64,000 bases of DNA from Pirellula sp. (GTDB lineage Bacteria > Planctomycetota > Planctomycetia > Pirellulales > Pirellulaceae), in the NCBI GenBank assembly GCA_031374925.1, contig JANMHA010000203.1, positions 388 to 64,387 of the forward strand, written 5' to 3'. Under the pieces are notes generated by a model. That model made no database searches, had not been told where the DNA came from, and saw only the letters and a program-made list of their open reading frames with translations. The position numbers and the translations under genes are program-made. Positions 39,009-48,422 of the stretch are shown piece after piece (position 1 is the stretch's first letter; the number at the start of each line of letters is the position of its first letter).

Positions 39009-39875
39009 TTAAAGCAGGTCGTCTAGGTCATCTAGATTGATCGGCGCCTTCTTGTTTTGGGCTCCGTAAAACTTCGTGATATCGATCCCTTGTCGCTGCT
39101 CCTCTTCCAGGAACTTGAGCCGCTGCTCAAGCCGTTCAATCCGACGGTGCATTTGTGGAATCATCTCGATCGTCGTGTCTTGAATTTGTCGGCGAGGTAC
39201 CGCCGGGTAGCCTAGGTGACGATGCATGGCCGCGAACAAGAAAAGGGGCTCTTTGCGGCGATTGGCGAAGGCTATTTTGCCCTCGCGTTCGCCAAACAAA
39301 ATGGGGTACTCCGCTTCCGCGTCTTCCCCCAAATGACGTTTGCGATAGTGCACAAACTCCTCGCTACGACCATAGATCAAATCAGCGATCTCGACGATCC
39401 CCAACTGCTTGCGAACGATCAGGATCCAGTCTCGCCATTCGGGCGAATACAGCGGGTCGTCGCTCATCGCCTTCAGTCCTTGATCGTAGTTCAACCGGTT
39501 TCTACAGAGCACTTCAAATTGGTAGAAGAAAAAGCCTTGTCGGTTGTCGGATTTCGCTCGGTACTCGGATTCAAACCGAAGGACGTTGAGGGCGGTTTGG
39601 AAGTCGAATCGACCGCTGTCGAGTTCCGACTGCTCGACGACAAAAGTTTGGAATGGGGTGAAGTAATGACTTAGGCGCTTCATGCCTTCGGCGAGAATTC
39701 CACAGTGCTTGAGCTCGGTACAAAGAAAACCAATTGCCATCGGCAGTTTGGTAGTAGCCAGCACCTCGAACCGACATTGCTCCAAGAGATCTTGGAGCGT
39801 CATGTCTTGACCTAATCGTTCCGCGAGAACTCGAAAAAGGTAAGCTTGTTCGATAAACTCTTCGCGAGGCAGCAT
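39009..39875 (-). CDS. Conserved hypothetical protein, possibly with GspF/PilC-like cytoplasmic domains
   Basis: Starts 3 nt after the rplI stop; helical, with no TM segments. See findings. Confidence 0.75.
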   Translation of the reverse strand: MLPREEFIEQAYLFRVLAERLGQDMTLQDLLEQCRFEVLATTKLPMAIGFLCTELKHCGILAEGMKRLSHYFTPFQTFVVEQSELDSGRFDFQTALNVLRFESEYRAKSDNRQGFFFYQFEVLCRNRLNYDQGLKAMSDDPLYSPEWRDWILIVRKQLGIVEIADLIYGRSEEFVHYRKRHLGEDAEAEYPILFGEREGKIAFANRRKEPLFLFAAMHRHLGYPAVPRRQIQDTTIEMIPQMHRRIERLEQRLKFLEEEQRQGIDITKFYGAQNKKAPINLDDLDDLL

Positions 39876-39878
39876 GCT

Positions 39879-40397
39879 TTAGTGTGCTGCGGTAGGAACG
39901 ACCCAAACCTTGAGTTCGGTCGCAATCTCTTGGTGCATCTGAATTTTGACCGTGTACAGTCCCAGTTCCTTCAGAACACCTTCCAGTTTCACTTGGTCCG
40001 CCGCGATGTGATAGCCATTGGCTTTCAGAGCTGCGACGATTTCGGTGGCGCCGACGCTGCCGTAGAGGTGCCCTTCGTCGTTCGCGTTGGCTTCGACGTT
40101 GATAGACTGCTTGGAGATCTGGTCAGCCAGCGTACGAAGCGAAACAAGCCGTTGCTTCTCGATGTCGAGCAGTTTGGCACGATGCTTTTCCACCATTCGT
40201 TTGTGGTGATCGGTCGCGACAATGGCCAGTCCTTCGGGGATCAAGAAATTGTTAGCGTAGCCCGGCTTCACTTCCACAACTTGCCCCGACTTGCCCAAGT
40301 ATTCTACATTTTGAATCAGCATCAATTGGATGCCGCCATTAGGTCCTTTGGGCAGTCGTGGGAATTGAGGGACTCGCTTTTTTTTGGTAGGTGCCAT
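39879..40397 (-). CDS. rplI: 50S ribosomal protein L9
   Basis: LGKSGQVVEVKPGYANNFLIPEGLA; GHLYGSV. Confidence 0.97.
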   Translation of the reverse strand: MAPTKKKRVPQFPRLPKGPNGGIQLMLIQNVEYLGKSGQVVEVKPGYANNFLIPEGLAIVATDHHKRMVEKHRAKLLDIEKQRLVSLRTLADQISKQSINVEANANDEGHLYGSVGATEIVAALKANGYHIAADQVKLEGVLKELGLYTVKIQMHQEIATELKVWVVPTAAH

Positions 40398-40451
40398 TTT
40401 ATAACTTCGATCCGAAAAAAGTCATCGTGTTAGGGTGGTGATGGTTTATTG

Positions 40452-40946
40452 TTAAAAGGGCATGTCTTCGTTGACGTAGACATCTTCCCCAACCTCGGAA
40501 ACGTGCATCTCGGAATTTCCTCCGGTGTGCATGGCTCCAGGCCCGTCGTGTGCGGAATCCACGAATCGTGTATTCCCTGTTTTCGCTTGTGATTTAGACT
40601 CTCCGTTTTTGCCGTCGGTCTTTCCGCCGAGCAATTGCATTCGGTCGACAATCACGTAAAGCTTGCTTCTCTTTTGGCCGTCTTTTTCCCAAGTGTCTTG
40701 TTTCAGACGACCTTCGACGAAAATCGGTGAGCCTTTGGACAGGTACTCACTAACGACTTCTGCGGTCCGCCCGAAAAAAGTCACATCGACAAACGATGTT
40801 TCATCAATCCATTCGCCGCTTGCATTCTTGCGTCGATCGTTGACGGCGATCGCATTTTGGCAAACCGCCATGCGGGTTGTAGTGTACCGCAGTTCAATAT
40901 CTCTCGCTAAATTGCCAAGCAGAATAACTCTATTGTAGCTAGCCAT
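40452..40946 (-). CDS. ssb: Single-stranded DNA-binding protein
   Basis: [32 protein letters not shown]-terminal EDMPF. Confidence 0.97.
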   Translation of the reverse strand: MASYNRVILLGNLARDIELRYTTTRMAVCQNAIAVNDRRKNASGEWIDETSFVDVTFFGRTAEVVSEYLSKGSPIFVEGRLKQDTWEKDGQKRSKLYVIVDRMQLLGGKTDGKNGESKSQAKTGNTRFVDSAHDGPGAMHTGGNSEMHVSEVGEDVYVNEDMPF

Positions 40947-40994
40947 GATGGACCCTCGACCAATGTTAAAACGATTGAGCTGCCCGCGAATGTC

Positions 40995-41411
40995 CTATTC
41001 GTCTTCAGACTCAAGATCTTCTTCATCGTCGGCACCCACGCCAACGCCTACCGCTTGTTTCTCTAGAACAACATCGATTGGCACCACTACCTTTTCTTGG
41101 GCGTGCGCGACCAAGGCATCGATGAGTCGTGGATCGATTCGGGTGAACATGAATCGAAGCAGACTTTCCTTTAGCTGGCAAGCGCGGTTCAATTCTTTGA
41201 GCTTGGACGTATCCAGCTTGAAGTACGCAAGCCAATACGTTCCCTTTTGATGCCCTTTGATCTGATAAGCAAGTCGTTGTTCAGCCCAAAGTCGGGTGAC
41301 CAAGATTTCACCACCGACATCGCCGATCATGGACTCGACCGAACCCGCAACACCGCTTGCATAGTGATTGCTGTCGAAAAGGAACAAGCACTCGTAAATT
41401 CCGGTAACCAA
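40995..41411 (-). CDS. rpsF: 30S ribosomal protein S6
   Basis: YECLFLF...WAEQRLAYQIKGHQKGTYWL...LLRFM, acidic tail, AGGAG ribosome-binding site before TTG 41411. Confidence 0.93.
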   Translation of the reverse strand: MVTGIYECLFLFDSNHYASGVAGSVESMIGDVGGEILVTRLWAEQRLAYQIKGHQKGTYWLAYFKLDTSKLKELNRACQLKESLLRFMFTRIDPRLIDALVAHAQEKVVVPIDVVLEKQAVGVGVGADDEEDLESEDE

Positions 41412-41474
41412 CGTATGAACTCCTGAAAACTGATCCAAATACTGGTGAATGAACCTGGGTGGTACTGTCTATTT

Positions 41475-42104
41475 TTATTTGTTTTTCGGCGGCGGCAAAT
41501 CACGATTGAATTCGTTCATTGCCACGTCAATGCCATTGTTCAGCCAACTTGCAACTGCATTGACAGCCTTTAAAAGTCCATCATCAACAATCGCTCGTTC
41601 GGAGGTCGTGAATTTGCTTAAAACATAATCCGTTGTTTCCCAGTGCGACGGCGTTGGATCGATTCCGATCCTAAGCCTTGGAACATCCTGTGTTCCCAGG
41701 GATTGAATTATGTCATTAAGCCCTTTCTGGCCGCCGCTTGATCCCGATTTGCGAATCCTGAGTTTACCAAGTGGCAAACTCAAGTCATCGCAAATCACTA
41801 AAATATTTTGTGTTTCAATTTTGTAAAATCGAGCGAACTGTGCAACACATCGCCCACTGCAATTCATAAATGTCAGCGGCCAAACCAGGCAGACATCGCG
41901 TTGCCCAAGTCGACCTTTTGTATATTGCCCTTCGAATTTGGCCTGAACTCCGGGCGAACCCATTTTTGCAAGCAAACCGTTCAGGCATTCAAAACCAATA
42001 TTGTGCCGGGTTCTTTCGTATTTTGAACCTGGATTCCCCAGCCCAACAACCATCGCCATTCCGGCATCCGCGATGGAATCAACCAAGGGACCGAATCCGC
42101 TCAT
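41475..42104 (-). CDS. pth: Peptidyl-tRNA hydrolase
   Basis: VVGLGNPGSKYERTRHNIGF, PLTFMNCSG, DDLSLP, RLRIGI. Confidence 0.96.
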   Translation of the reverse strand: MSGFGPLVDSIADAGMAMVVGLGNPGSKYERTRHNIGFECLNGLLAKMGSPGVQAKFEGQYTKGRLGQRDVCLVWPLTFMNCSGRCVAQFARFYKIETQNILVICDDLSLPLGKLRIRKSGSSGGQKGLNDIIQSLGTQDVPRLRIGIDPTPSHWETTDYVLSKFTTSERAIVDDGLLKAVNAVASWLNNGIDVAMNEFNRDLPPPKNK

Positions 42105-42715
42105 TACGAAGCAGCTTCGGCCGCTTTTTCTTTGCGAATCAGCTCTGGCTCGGCAGTTCCGTCCGCACCATCTGCAGCAGCTTCGCCCGCGACGGTTGCA
42201 ATCTGAACAATAACAACAGAACCAGGCGTTACCGCCACTGCACCATCAGGAAGGGTCAATTCGCTAACGTGAATCGACTGCCCAATACGCAAAGAACCTA
42301 TCTCGCAAAGCAAATACTCAGGGATCTTCATTGCTGAGCAACGAACCTGAATTTCATGAGTGACAAAACGGAGTTGTCCGCCGACAGTCGTCTCACCGTG
42401 CAACCGAATCGGAAGGACGACTTCTACTTCTTCTGTTTGGGAAACTCTAGCAAAATCCACATGGATGATGTGATCGCCCATGTTGCTCCACTGGACCGAA
42501 CGCAGCAGAGCTGTATCGGAAACATCGCCGGTCAAGGTAACCAACTTCGTCCCGTGCTTGATCAAGCTGTTAACGGTGTCCAACGACACGGTCAGGCAAA
42601 TGTTTTCTTGTCCGTGCCCGTAGAGAATGGCTGGGATCAGCCCTTTTTCACGAATTTTAATCATGGCTCTCGAGCCGAGCACATCTCGCTTGGCCACTTC
42701 AATCGATTCAATCAT
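42104..42715 (-). CDS. rplY: 50S ribosomal protein L25/Ctc
   Basis: REKGLIPAILYGHG, IIHVDF, long Ctc-type C-terminal domain. Confidence 0.95.
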   Translation of the reverse strand: MIESIEVAKRDVLGSRAMIKIREKGLIPAILYGHGQENICLTVSLDTVNSLIKHGTKLVTLTGDVSDTALLRSVQWSNMGDHIIHVDFARVSQTEEVEVVLPIRLHGETTVGGQLRFVTHEIQVRCSAMKIPEYLLCEIGSLRIGQSIHVSELTLPDGAVAVTPGSVVIVQIATVAGEAAADGADGTAEPELIRKEKAAEAAS

Positions 42716-42873
42716 TACTGCTGCGTTCCGCTGCTTCAAATATTCGGTTTCTTCGATGAGCCGAGAATCCGGCCCTTCAAAATCATGGGGAAGCCCAGAA
42801 GTATGACGAATTTGACTCTAGATGCAAGGGCAAATGTACTTGCCGTTTCTTGAGCGTCGCCTATGCTTTGTCG

Positions 42874-43209
42874 ATGGCAAAAAAATCATCCCAGTTTGAC
42901 TACATCGAACCTATTGGTGCAAGGATTTTGGTTCTAAAAGATGAGCCAAAGAGAGAAACCAAAGGTGGAATTGCACTACCGGACGCGTCGGAAATTCCGA
43001 CTATTACGGGGAGGATTGTCACCATCAGTCGCCAGGTGGAGCATGATGAGAATGTACCATTGCGGCAATACGACAAAATCCTGTTCCATCCGAAAAACGC
43101 CATTCCGGTTGATTTCGAACCCGACAATCAACTTTATGTCGTACCCGTTGAGGACGTTGTCGCGGTTTTTCGCCGCAAACCGATGGAAAACGGTAAATCC
43201 CCTGACTAA
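42874..43209 (+). CDS. groES: Co-chaperonin GroES family protein (stand-alone)
   Basis: IEPIGARILV...ETKGGIALPD...EDVVAV; no adjacent groEL. Confidence 0.85.
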   Translation: MAKKSSQFDYIEPIGARILVLKDEPKRETKGGIALPDASEIPTITGRIVTISRQVEHDENVPLRQYDKILFHPKNAIPVDFEPDNQLYVVPVEDVVAVFRRKPMENGKSPD

Positions 43210-43462
43210 GAGACTTCGATGCGGTATGGATAGCCAAAATTACCCATGTGGTGAATTGTGGCAAATGTCACTATTGACGCCCACCCCCTTCGTAAGGCGA
43301 GCTGAGGATATATTTTTACCGGGAGGGCGAGGCATCCATCAGAGCCTTGCCAAAATTGTCGCCTTTTGCTGCGCTAAAGTGCGTTCAGGAAGCGCACGGC
43401 GAGGTTCCTGCCGAGCCAAAACCAAGCTCGGCAGGAGCCTCGCCCTCCTGCATGTTGATTCG

Positions 43463-44737
43463 ATGTGCCGCTCGACTCGCCCTGGAAGTCTTCGGATTTG
43501 CGTGCCGCTGATGGTGCTTGCTCTTTTCTTCGGAAATCCGATAGCACGTATCGCCGCTCAGGTGCAAAACCAAACCGATAACGCTGTTGTTGATAATAAC
43601 TCATTTGTTCAGAAGCCTGTTGTCGAGGACCGTGAAAAGACCCTGATCGGCTCTGTACTTCGTGTTTCCTTCGAAGAGAATAAACAGCTTCGCAAAGTGA
43701 CGGGCGAACTGGTCGCTCTGGACGCTACCCTAGGGCAATTGATTCTCGACGCGGATGGCCAATTAACCGCGATCGCCCCCAATGAACTCAAACGGATCGA
43801 GGAGTTGCCCGATCCGTTAGCGCCGACCTCCGCCAAAGACCTTGCGAAGAAGGTTCTCACGCTCTTGCCGCCAGGCTCTAAGTCGATTGTGACCGATCAC
43901 TTTGTAGTTTGTTACAACACCTCGGATGTCTACGCTCGCTGGAACTCGGATCTCTACGAAAAGCTATATAAAGGTTTTTATCGATTCTGGAAGGAAAAGG
44001 GGGTCGAACTCAACGCGCCTCGATTTCCGCTCGTGGCGGTCATCTTCGAGACCAAAGCGGACTACATTCAGTTCGCTGCTAACGAATTCGCCGGTGCCCA
44101 GAATACCATCGGTTACTATCATCAATCGACCAATCGTTTAGCCTCCTACGATTTGACCGGTATCCAAGGCTTGATTCCTCCAAAAGCACAAGTCATGCGG
44201 GCAGAACTCATCAATCAAATTGTTTCGCGACCTGAGGGGGAGAGATTGATTGCCACGATCATTCACGAAGTATGTCATCAAATAGCGTTCAACAGTGGAT
44301 TGCAGGTTCGATTGGGGGACAACCCGCTGTGGTTGAGTGAAGGTCTAGCCACGTTTTTTGAGTCTCCAGACTTGACAAGCCAAAATGGTTGGGCTGGCAT
44401 TGGGAAACTGAATAAGCACAATTACGTGAATCTCGCCAACTACCTACCTTCGCGATCCAATGAATCGCTAGAGCTTCTATTGATGGACGACAATCGTTTG
44501 CGAAATGGCGAAACGATGTCCTCTAGCTATGCGGAAGCCTGGGGGCTCACCTACTATCTCATCAAAAGCAAGTCGAAGGATTTTGTGAAGTACTTGGACT
44601 GCCTTCGCAAGAAACCGCCCGGCAGTCGTTCAACGCCCAAGGAGCGCATCGAACTCTTTCGGGAATGCTTCGGCGATGACCTCAGGAAAGTCGACAGAGA
44701 TTTCATCCGCTTGATGCAAAACCAAAACCTCCGTTGA
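43463..44737 (+). CDS. DUF1570-like secreted HExxH metallopeptidase-like protein
   Basis: TIIHEVCHQ, PLWLSEGLATFFE, YAEAWGLTYYL. Start uncertain. Confidence 0.82.
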   Translation: MCRSTRPGSLRICVPLMVLALFFGNPIARIAAQVQNQTDNAVVDNNSFVQKPVVEDREKTLIGSVLRVSFEENKQLRKVTGELVALDATLGQLILDADGQLTAIAPNELKRIEELPDPLAPTSAKDLAKKVLTLLPPGSKSIVTDHFVVCYNTSDVYARWNSDLYEKLYKGFYRFWKEKGVELNAPRFPLVAVIFETKADYIQFAANEFAGAQNTIGYYHQSTNRLASYDLTGIQGLIPPKAQVMRAELINQIVSRPEGERLIATIIHEVCHQIAFNSGLQVRLGDNPLWLSEGLATFFESPDLTSQNGWAGIGKLNKHNYVNLANYLPSRSNESLELLLMDDNRLRNGETMSSSYAEAWGLTYYLIKSKSKDFVKYLDCLRKKPPGSRSTPKERIELFRECFGDDLRKVDRDFIRLMQNQNLR

Positions 44738-44757
44738 CAACGAGATGCTTAGGCAAT

Positions 44758-44818
44758 CATCTGTCACTGTCATCTGTCACTGTCAACTGTCAACTGTCAA
44801 CTGTCAACTGCCCACTGT
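44758..44818. repeat. Short tandem repeat (CTGTCA/CTGTCAA, about 8-9 units)
   Basis: catctgtcactgtcatctgtcactgtcaactgtcaactgtcaactgtcaactgcccactgt. Confidence 0.85.
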
Positions 44819-44821
44819 TTA

Positions 44822-46033
44822 ATGGAATCAACGAATCGCAAGCATCCCACCCACGAATTTTTGATGCGGGTTGCTGAGTTATTGCATCGGCATGGAACAC
44901 CCTCCCATCGGCTTGAACGAGTCATGACCAAAGTGGCTCGTACGCTTGGATACGAGTGCGTTGTTCTTTATACGCCGACCGCACTGGTGGCATCGATCGG
45001 CAGTGGCGATGAGGAACGAACTTACTTGCGACGCGTCGATTCGGGAACCATCGATGCGGACAAGCTGATTCGATTTGACGATATTCTCGAGCGGTTGGAA
45101 GCGGGTGAAATCGATGTTCCCGAATCCGCATTGCGAATGGAGCAGGCAGCCTCCGCCGCGCCGCCGTACTCCTCGTTCTTCACGGCAATCATTTGTGGAT
45201 TGGCGTGCGCTTCGATCGCGATCTTTTTTGGTGGCGGTTGGCCTGAAGTCTGCTTTGCTGGGGCTATCGGACTAGCGATTGCTGGCTTGGAGCTGATGCA
45301 AAGCCGACTTGGGTGGGAACATGGCTTGATTTTTCCTGTGGCTGGATTCTTTGCCGCTATCTGTTCGTTGGCTGCCGCACGTTGGATCTGTCCGCTGGAC
45401 GACCGGCTGGTAACACTATCAGCATTGATCATCTTGCTACCAGGTCTCGCCATTACGACCTCGTTGATCGAACTAGCGGTCGGCCACTTGTCCGCCGGTG
45501 TCGCAAGACTTGCCGGCGCGAGCGCGACTCTGCTGACTCTTTTTCTTGGCGTTGCAATCGCCTGGAGAATTGCGGGGCCATGGCGATCACTGCCGGAGGT
45601 TATGGTGCCGGTCCCATGGATGATCAGCTGGGTGGCGATTTTTTTAGCACCAGCCGCATTCGCGATTCTTTTTCGAGTGCGAGTTTCGCGTTGGGGAATA
45701 GTCTTTGCCGTGAGTTTGGCAGGATATTTTACCGCCAAGGTTTTTGGCGATCGATTTGGTGTCGAGGTCGGATCGTTTCTAGGAGCGCTGGTTGTAGGCT
45801 GCGGCAGCAACTTGTATGCCCGTTTACGCGATCGACCGGCCATGGTCCCGCTTGCTCCAGGAATGATTTTGTTGGTTCCTGGCTCGTTGGGCTATCGGTC
45901 CCTTTCGGCACTGCTCAATCGCGAAACGATCGCGGGGGTCGATTTTGCTTTTGGAATGATTCTTGTTGCCATGTCGCTGGTAGGTGGTCTGCTCGCGTCG
46001 TCCGCCATCGTGCCACCCAAAAGGATCTTGTAA
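44822..46033 (+). CDS. Threonine/serine exporter ThrE family membrane protein
   Basis: LLHRHGTPSHRLE N-terminus, IILLPGLAIT, ILLVPGSLGY, about 10 TM segments. Confidence 0.88.
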   Translation: MESTNRKHPTHEFLMRVAELLHRHGTPSHRLERVMTKVARTLGYECVVLYTPTALVASIGSGDEERTYLRRVDSGTIDADKLIRFDDILERLEAGEIDVPESALRMEQAASAAPPYSSFFTAIICGLACASIAIFFGGGWPEVCFAGAIGLAIAGLELMQSRLGWEHGLIFPVAGFFAAICSLAAARWICPLDDRLVTLSALIILLPGLAITTSLIELAVGHLSAGVARLAGASATLLTLFLGVAIAWRIAGPWRSLPEVMVPVPWMISWVAIFLAPAAFAILFRVRVSRWGIVFAVSLAGYFTAKVFGDRFGVEVGSFLGALVVGCGSNLYARLRDRPAMVPLAPGMILLVPGSLGYRSLSALLNRETIAGVDFAFGMILVAMSLVGGLLASSAIVPPKRIL

Positions 46034-46116
46034 CTTTCGCTTGATTGTCATTCAAGAAGTCGTTAGAACGATAGGCTGACTTGATAGCTCAATAAACTCT
46101 TGAGGAATTGAAATCG

Positions 46117-47226
46117 ATGGCAGTTAATCCGCGTTTTATCATGATTGGTGGTTTCCTAGGGGCAGGAAAGACGACGACCATAGCTCGTCTAGCGCATCAT
46201 TATCAATCGCAAGGAAAACGTGTCGGAATCGTTACGAACGATCAAGCGACGGATCTTGTCGACACGAACCTATTGCGTTCGCAGGGCTTCGATGTGGGCG
46301 AAGTTGCTGGTTCTTGCTTTTGCTGCAACTTCAATGAGCTGACGCGCACCATGGAGGGGCTGGGTGAAACGGAGCTACCAGAGATCGTTATCGCCGAGCC
46401 GGTTGGCAGTTGCACGGATTTGGTGGCCACTGTCATTCGGCCGCTTCAATCCATTTATTCACAGCCATTTGATATCGCGCCGTATGGAGTCATACTCAAG
46501 CCAAGTCATGGTCTGAAAATACTCAAAGGAACATCCAAAGGGGGCTTTTCGCCTCAGGCCGAATACATCTTTCGAAAGCAGATCGAGGAAGCCGACTTCG
46601 TCATCATCAACCGAATCGACGAGTTGTCTGAAGAGTCGATTGAAGAATTGGCTTCACTCCTTAAACTCAATTTCCCGGGCATTCCGTGCTTACGCATTTC
46701 GGCCTCGACGGGTCAGGGGTTTGAAACTTTCTCCGAATACCTGGAACTCAAGGGAGTGTTCGGCCAACGCGTTATGGAGGTAGACTACGATGTGTATGCC
46801 GAGGGAGAAGCGGAGCTTGGATGGCTAAACGCTCAAGCTGTGTTGGAATCGAACGATCCGTTCAAGCTGGATGATTTCATCATCACCCTCCTTGATCGCA
46901 TCAATCTTTCGCTCAATGAGCATTCAGCCGAAGTGGCCCACTTGAAAGTGATCGGAATGGCAGATGGTCAGTACGCTGTCGGCAACTTAGTAAGCAGTTC
47001 GTCCGCACCGAAGCTTTCGATTGGATGTGGTAGCGTTACGACCAAGGCGAATCTTGTGATCAATGCTCGAGTCGCGGTGGATCCAAAATCGCTCACCAAG
47101 ACAATCGAAGATACTTTGCATGTCGTCTGTTTGGAGCACGGAGTGAGCGAAACGATCAATACGCTTCAGAGTTTTCGACCAGGACGACCCGTGCCAACGC
47201 ATCGACTCGCCGGTACAGAATCGTAG
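46117..47226 (+). CDS. CobW/COG0523-like G3E GTPase metallochaperone
   Basis: GGFLGAGKTT, VTND, GSCFCC, AEPVG, INRID. Confidence 0.9.
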   Translation: MAVNPRFIMIGGFLGAGKTTTIARLAHHYQSQGKRVGIVTNDQATDLVDTNLLRSQGFDVGEVAGSCFCCNFNELTRTMEGLGETELPEIVIAEPVGSCTDLVATVIRPLQSIYSQPFDIAPYGVILKPSHGLKILKGTSKGGFSPQAEYIFRKQIEEADFVIINRIDELSEESIEELASLLKLNFPGIPCLRISASTGQGFETFSEYLELKGVFGQRVMEVDYDVYAEGEAELGWLNAQAVLESNDPFKLDDFIITLLDRINLSLNEHSAEVAHLKVIGMADGQYAVGNLVSSSSAPKLSIGCGSVTTKANLVINARVAVDPKSLTKTIEDTLHVVCLEHGVSETINTLQSFRPGRPVPTHRLAGTES

Positions 47227-47244
47227 CCCTTCCAAGTATCGCGA

Positions 47245-48183
47245 GTGACAATATTGATCCCCCAGTCTGCTCTATTGATAGGTTACTGCATCCTCATCGC
47301 CGCAGCTTCCCTTGCAGGCGGCAAGTTGTCGTCATTGCTGCGAATGACACACCTCCGAACGCAATTGCTGATGAGCGGTGTAGGTGGCTTGATGATCGGC
47401 ATCGCGCTATTGCACTTGCTACCACACGGCGGCGAGGTTTTAGGGTCTCACTCGCAGGCCGGAGTTGGCAGCCTGATCGGTTTGACTGTCATGTTTCTTC
47501 TCATTCGGCTTTTTCACACCCATGATCACGGTGTACTCATAACTGAAAATGAGGAAGAAACCGAAGCCGCATCCGGGGAAGATCACCAGCATGTGGGCTG
47601 TCAGCACGGTCACACACATCATGAACCTATCGATGCAAAGGGGATTAGTTGGGCAGGGTTGTTCTTCGGACTGCTTTTGCACACATTGGTCGATGGGGTA
47701 GCGTTGGCCAGTAGTGTGATGGCGGACGCTGCGCATGGTGCTTGGTTGGGCTTAGCTGGGTTGGGCACATTTCTGGCGGTGTTATTACACAAGCCGCTCG
47801 ACGCCTTTGCGATCACTTCGGTGATGAACAAGCAGAACTGGCCCAAAGCGGCTCAGAATGGAGCGAACATCGCGTTTTCGCTCGCTTGCCCAGTCGGTGC
47901 AATGGCCTTCTATTTTGGTACGACTGCGTTTGCACCTGGTTCCAGTTTATTGGGATGGGGCTTGACGATCTCAGCCGGTTTTTTTATCGGCATCGCCTTA
48001 GCAGACTTGCTGCCTGAGGTTGCCTTTCACGACCACGATCGAGTCAAACTGACGGTCACGTTTCTACTGGGAATTGTGATCGCTGTCGGTATCGAGAATC
48101 TGCCGGGACATAGTCATGGCCATAATGAACATAAGGGCGCCGAAACGATCGATGAACATAATCATCATGGGCATACTCACTAG
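47245..48183 (+). CDS. ZIP family metal (zinc) transporter
   Basis: LLHLLPH, His-rich loop, LHTLVDGVA, LHKPLD, DLLPE, His-rich tail. Confidence 0.92.
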   Translation: MTILIPQSALLIGYCILIAAASLAGGKLSSLLRMTHLRTQLLMSGVGGLMIGIALLHLLPHGGEVLGSHSQAGVGSLIGLTVMFLLIRLFHTHDHGVLITENEEETEAASGEDHQHVGCQHGHTHHEPIDAKGISWAGLFFGLLLHTLVDGVALASSVMADAAHGAWLGLAGLGTFLAVLLHKPLDAFAITSVMNKQNWPKAAQNGANIAFSLACPVGAMAFYFGTTAFAPGSSLLGWGLTISAGFFIGIALADLLPEVAFHDHDRVKLTVTFLLGIVIAVGIENLPGHSHGHNEHKGAETIDEHNHHGHTH

Positions 48184-48205
48184 ACTATTGCGCCAAGCGA
48201 TCTCA

Positions 48206-48232
48206 CGTGGCTGACGCTGCTACTAGCGTCAG
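48206..48232 (+). repeat. Single GTGG-type REP of the RAYT-associated family
   Basis: cGTGG-CTGACGCT-gctact-AGCGTCAG. Confidence 0.75.
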
Positions 48233-48422
48233 CGGCGAAACACAATCACCGCACAAGTGTCCATATCCACGCGCGGTTATCTTCTGCAATTCTTGTCTCG
48301 CCGATCGTCGACGGAGGAAATCCCCAAAGAACATGCGTTTTGGTTTCGGAAACCCTTGATTTGGAACAGATGCAACGGGATAGGGCTCGTTGCTCCCGCG
48401 AATCGGATTCGATGTGCTCAAG

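Noticed and set aside
42941-43462. N-terminal extension of the 598-aa ORF overlapping groES
   Set aside because: It overlaps groES in another frame, and the signal-peptide-like segment begins only near 43463.
45022-46044. 273-aa minus and 243-aa plus alternative ORFs within the thrE-like gene
   Set aside because: Shadow frames of a hydrophobic gene; no motifs.
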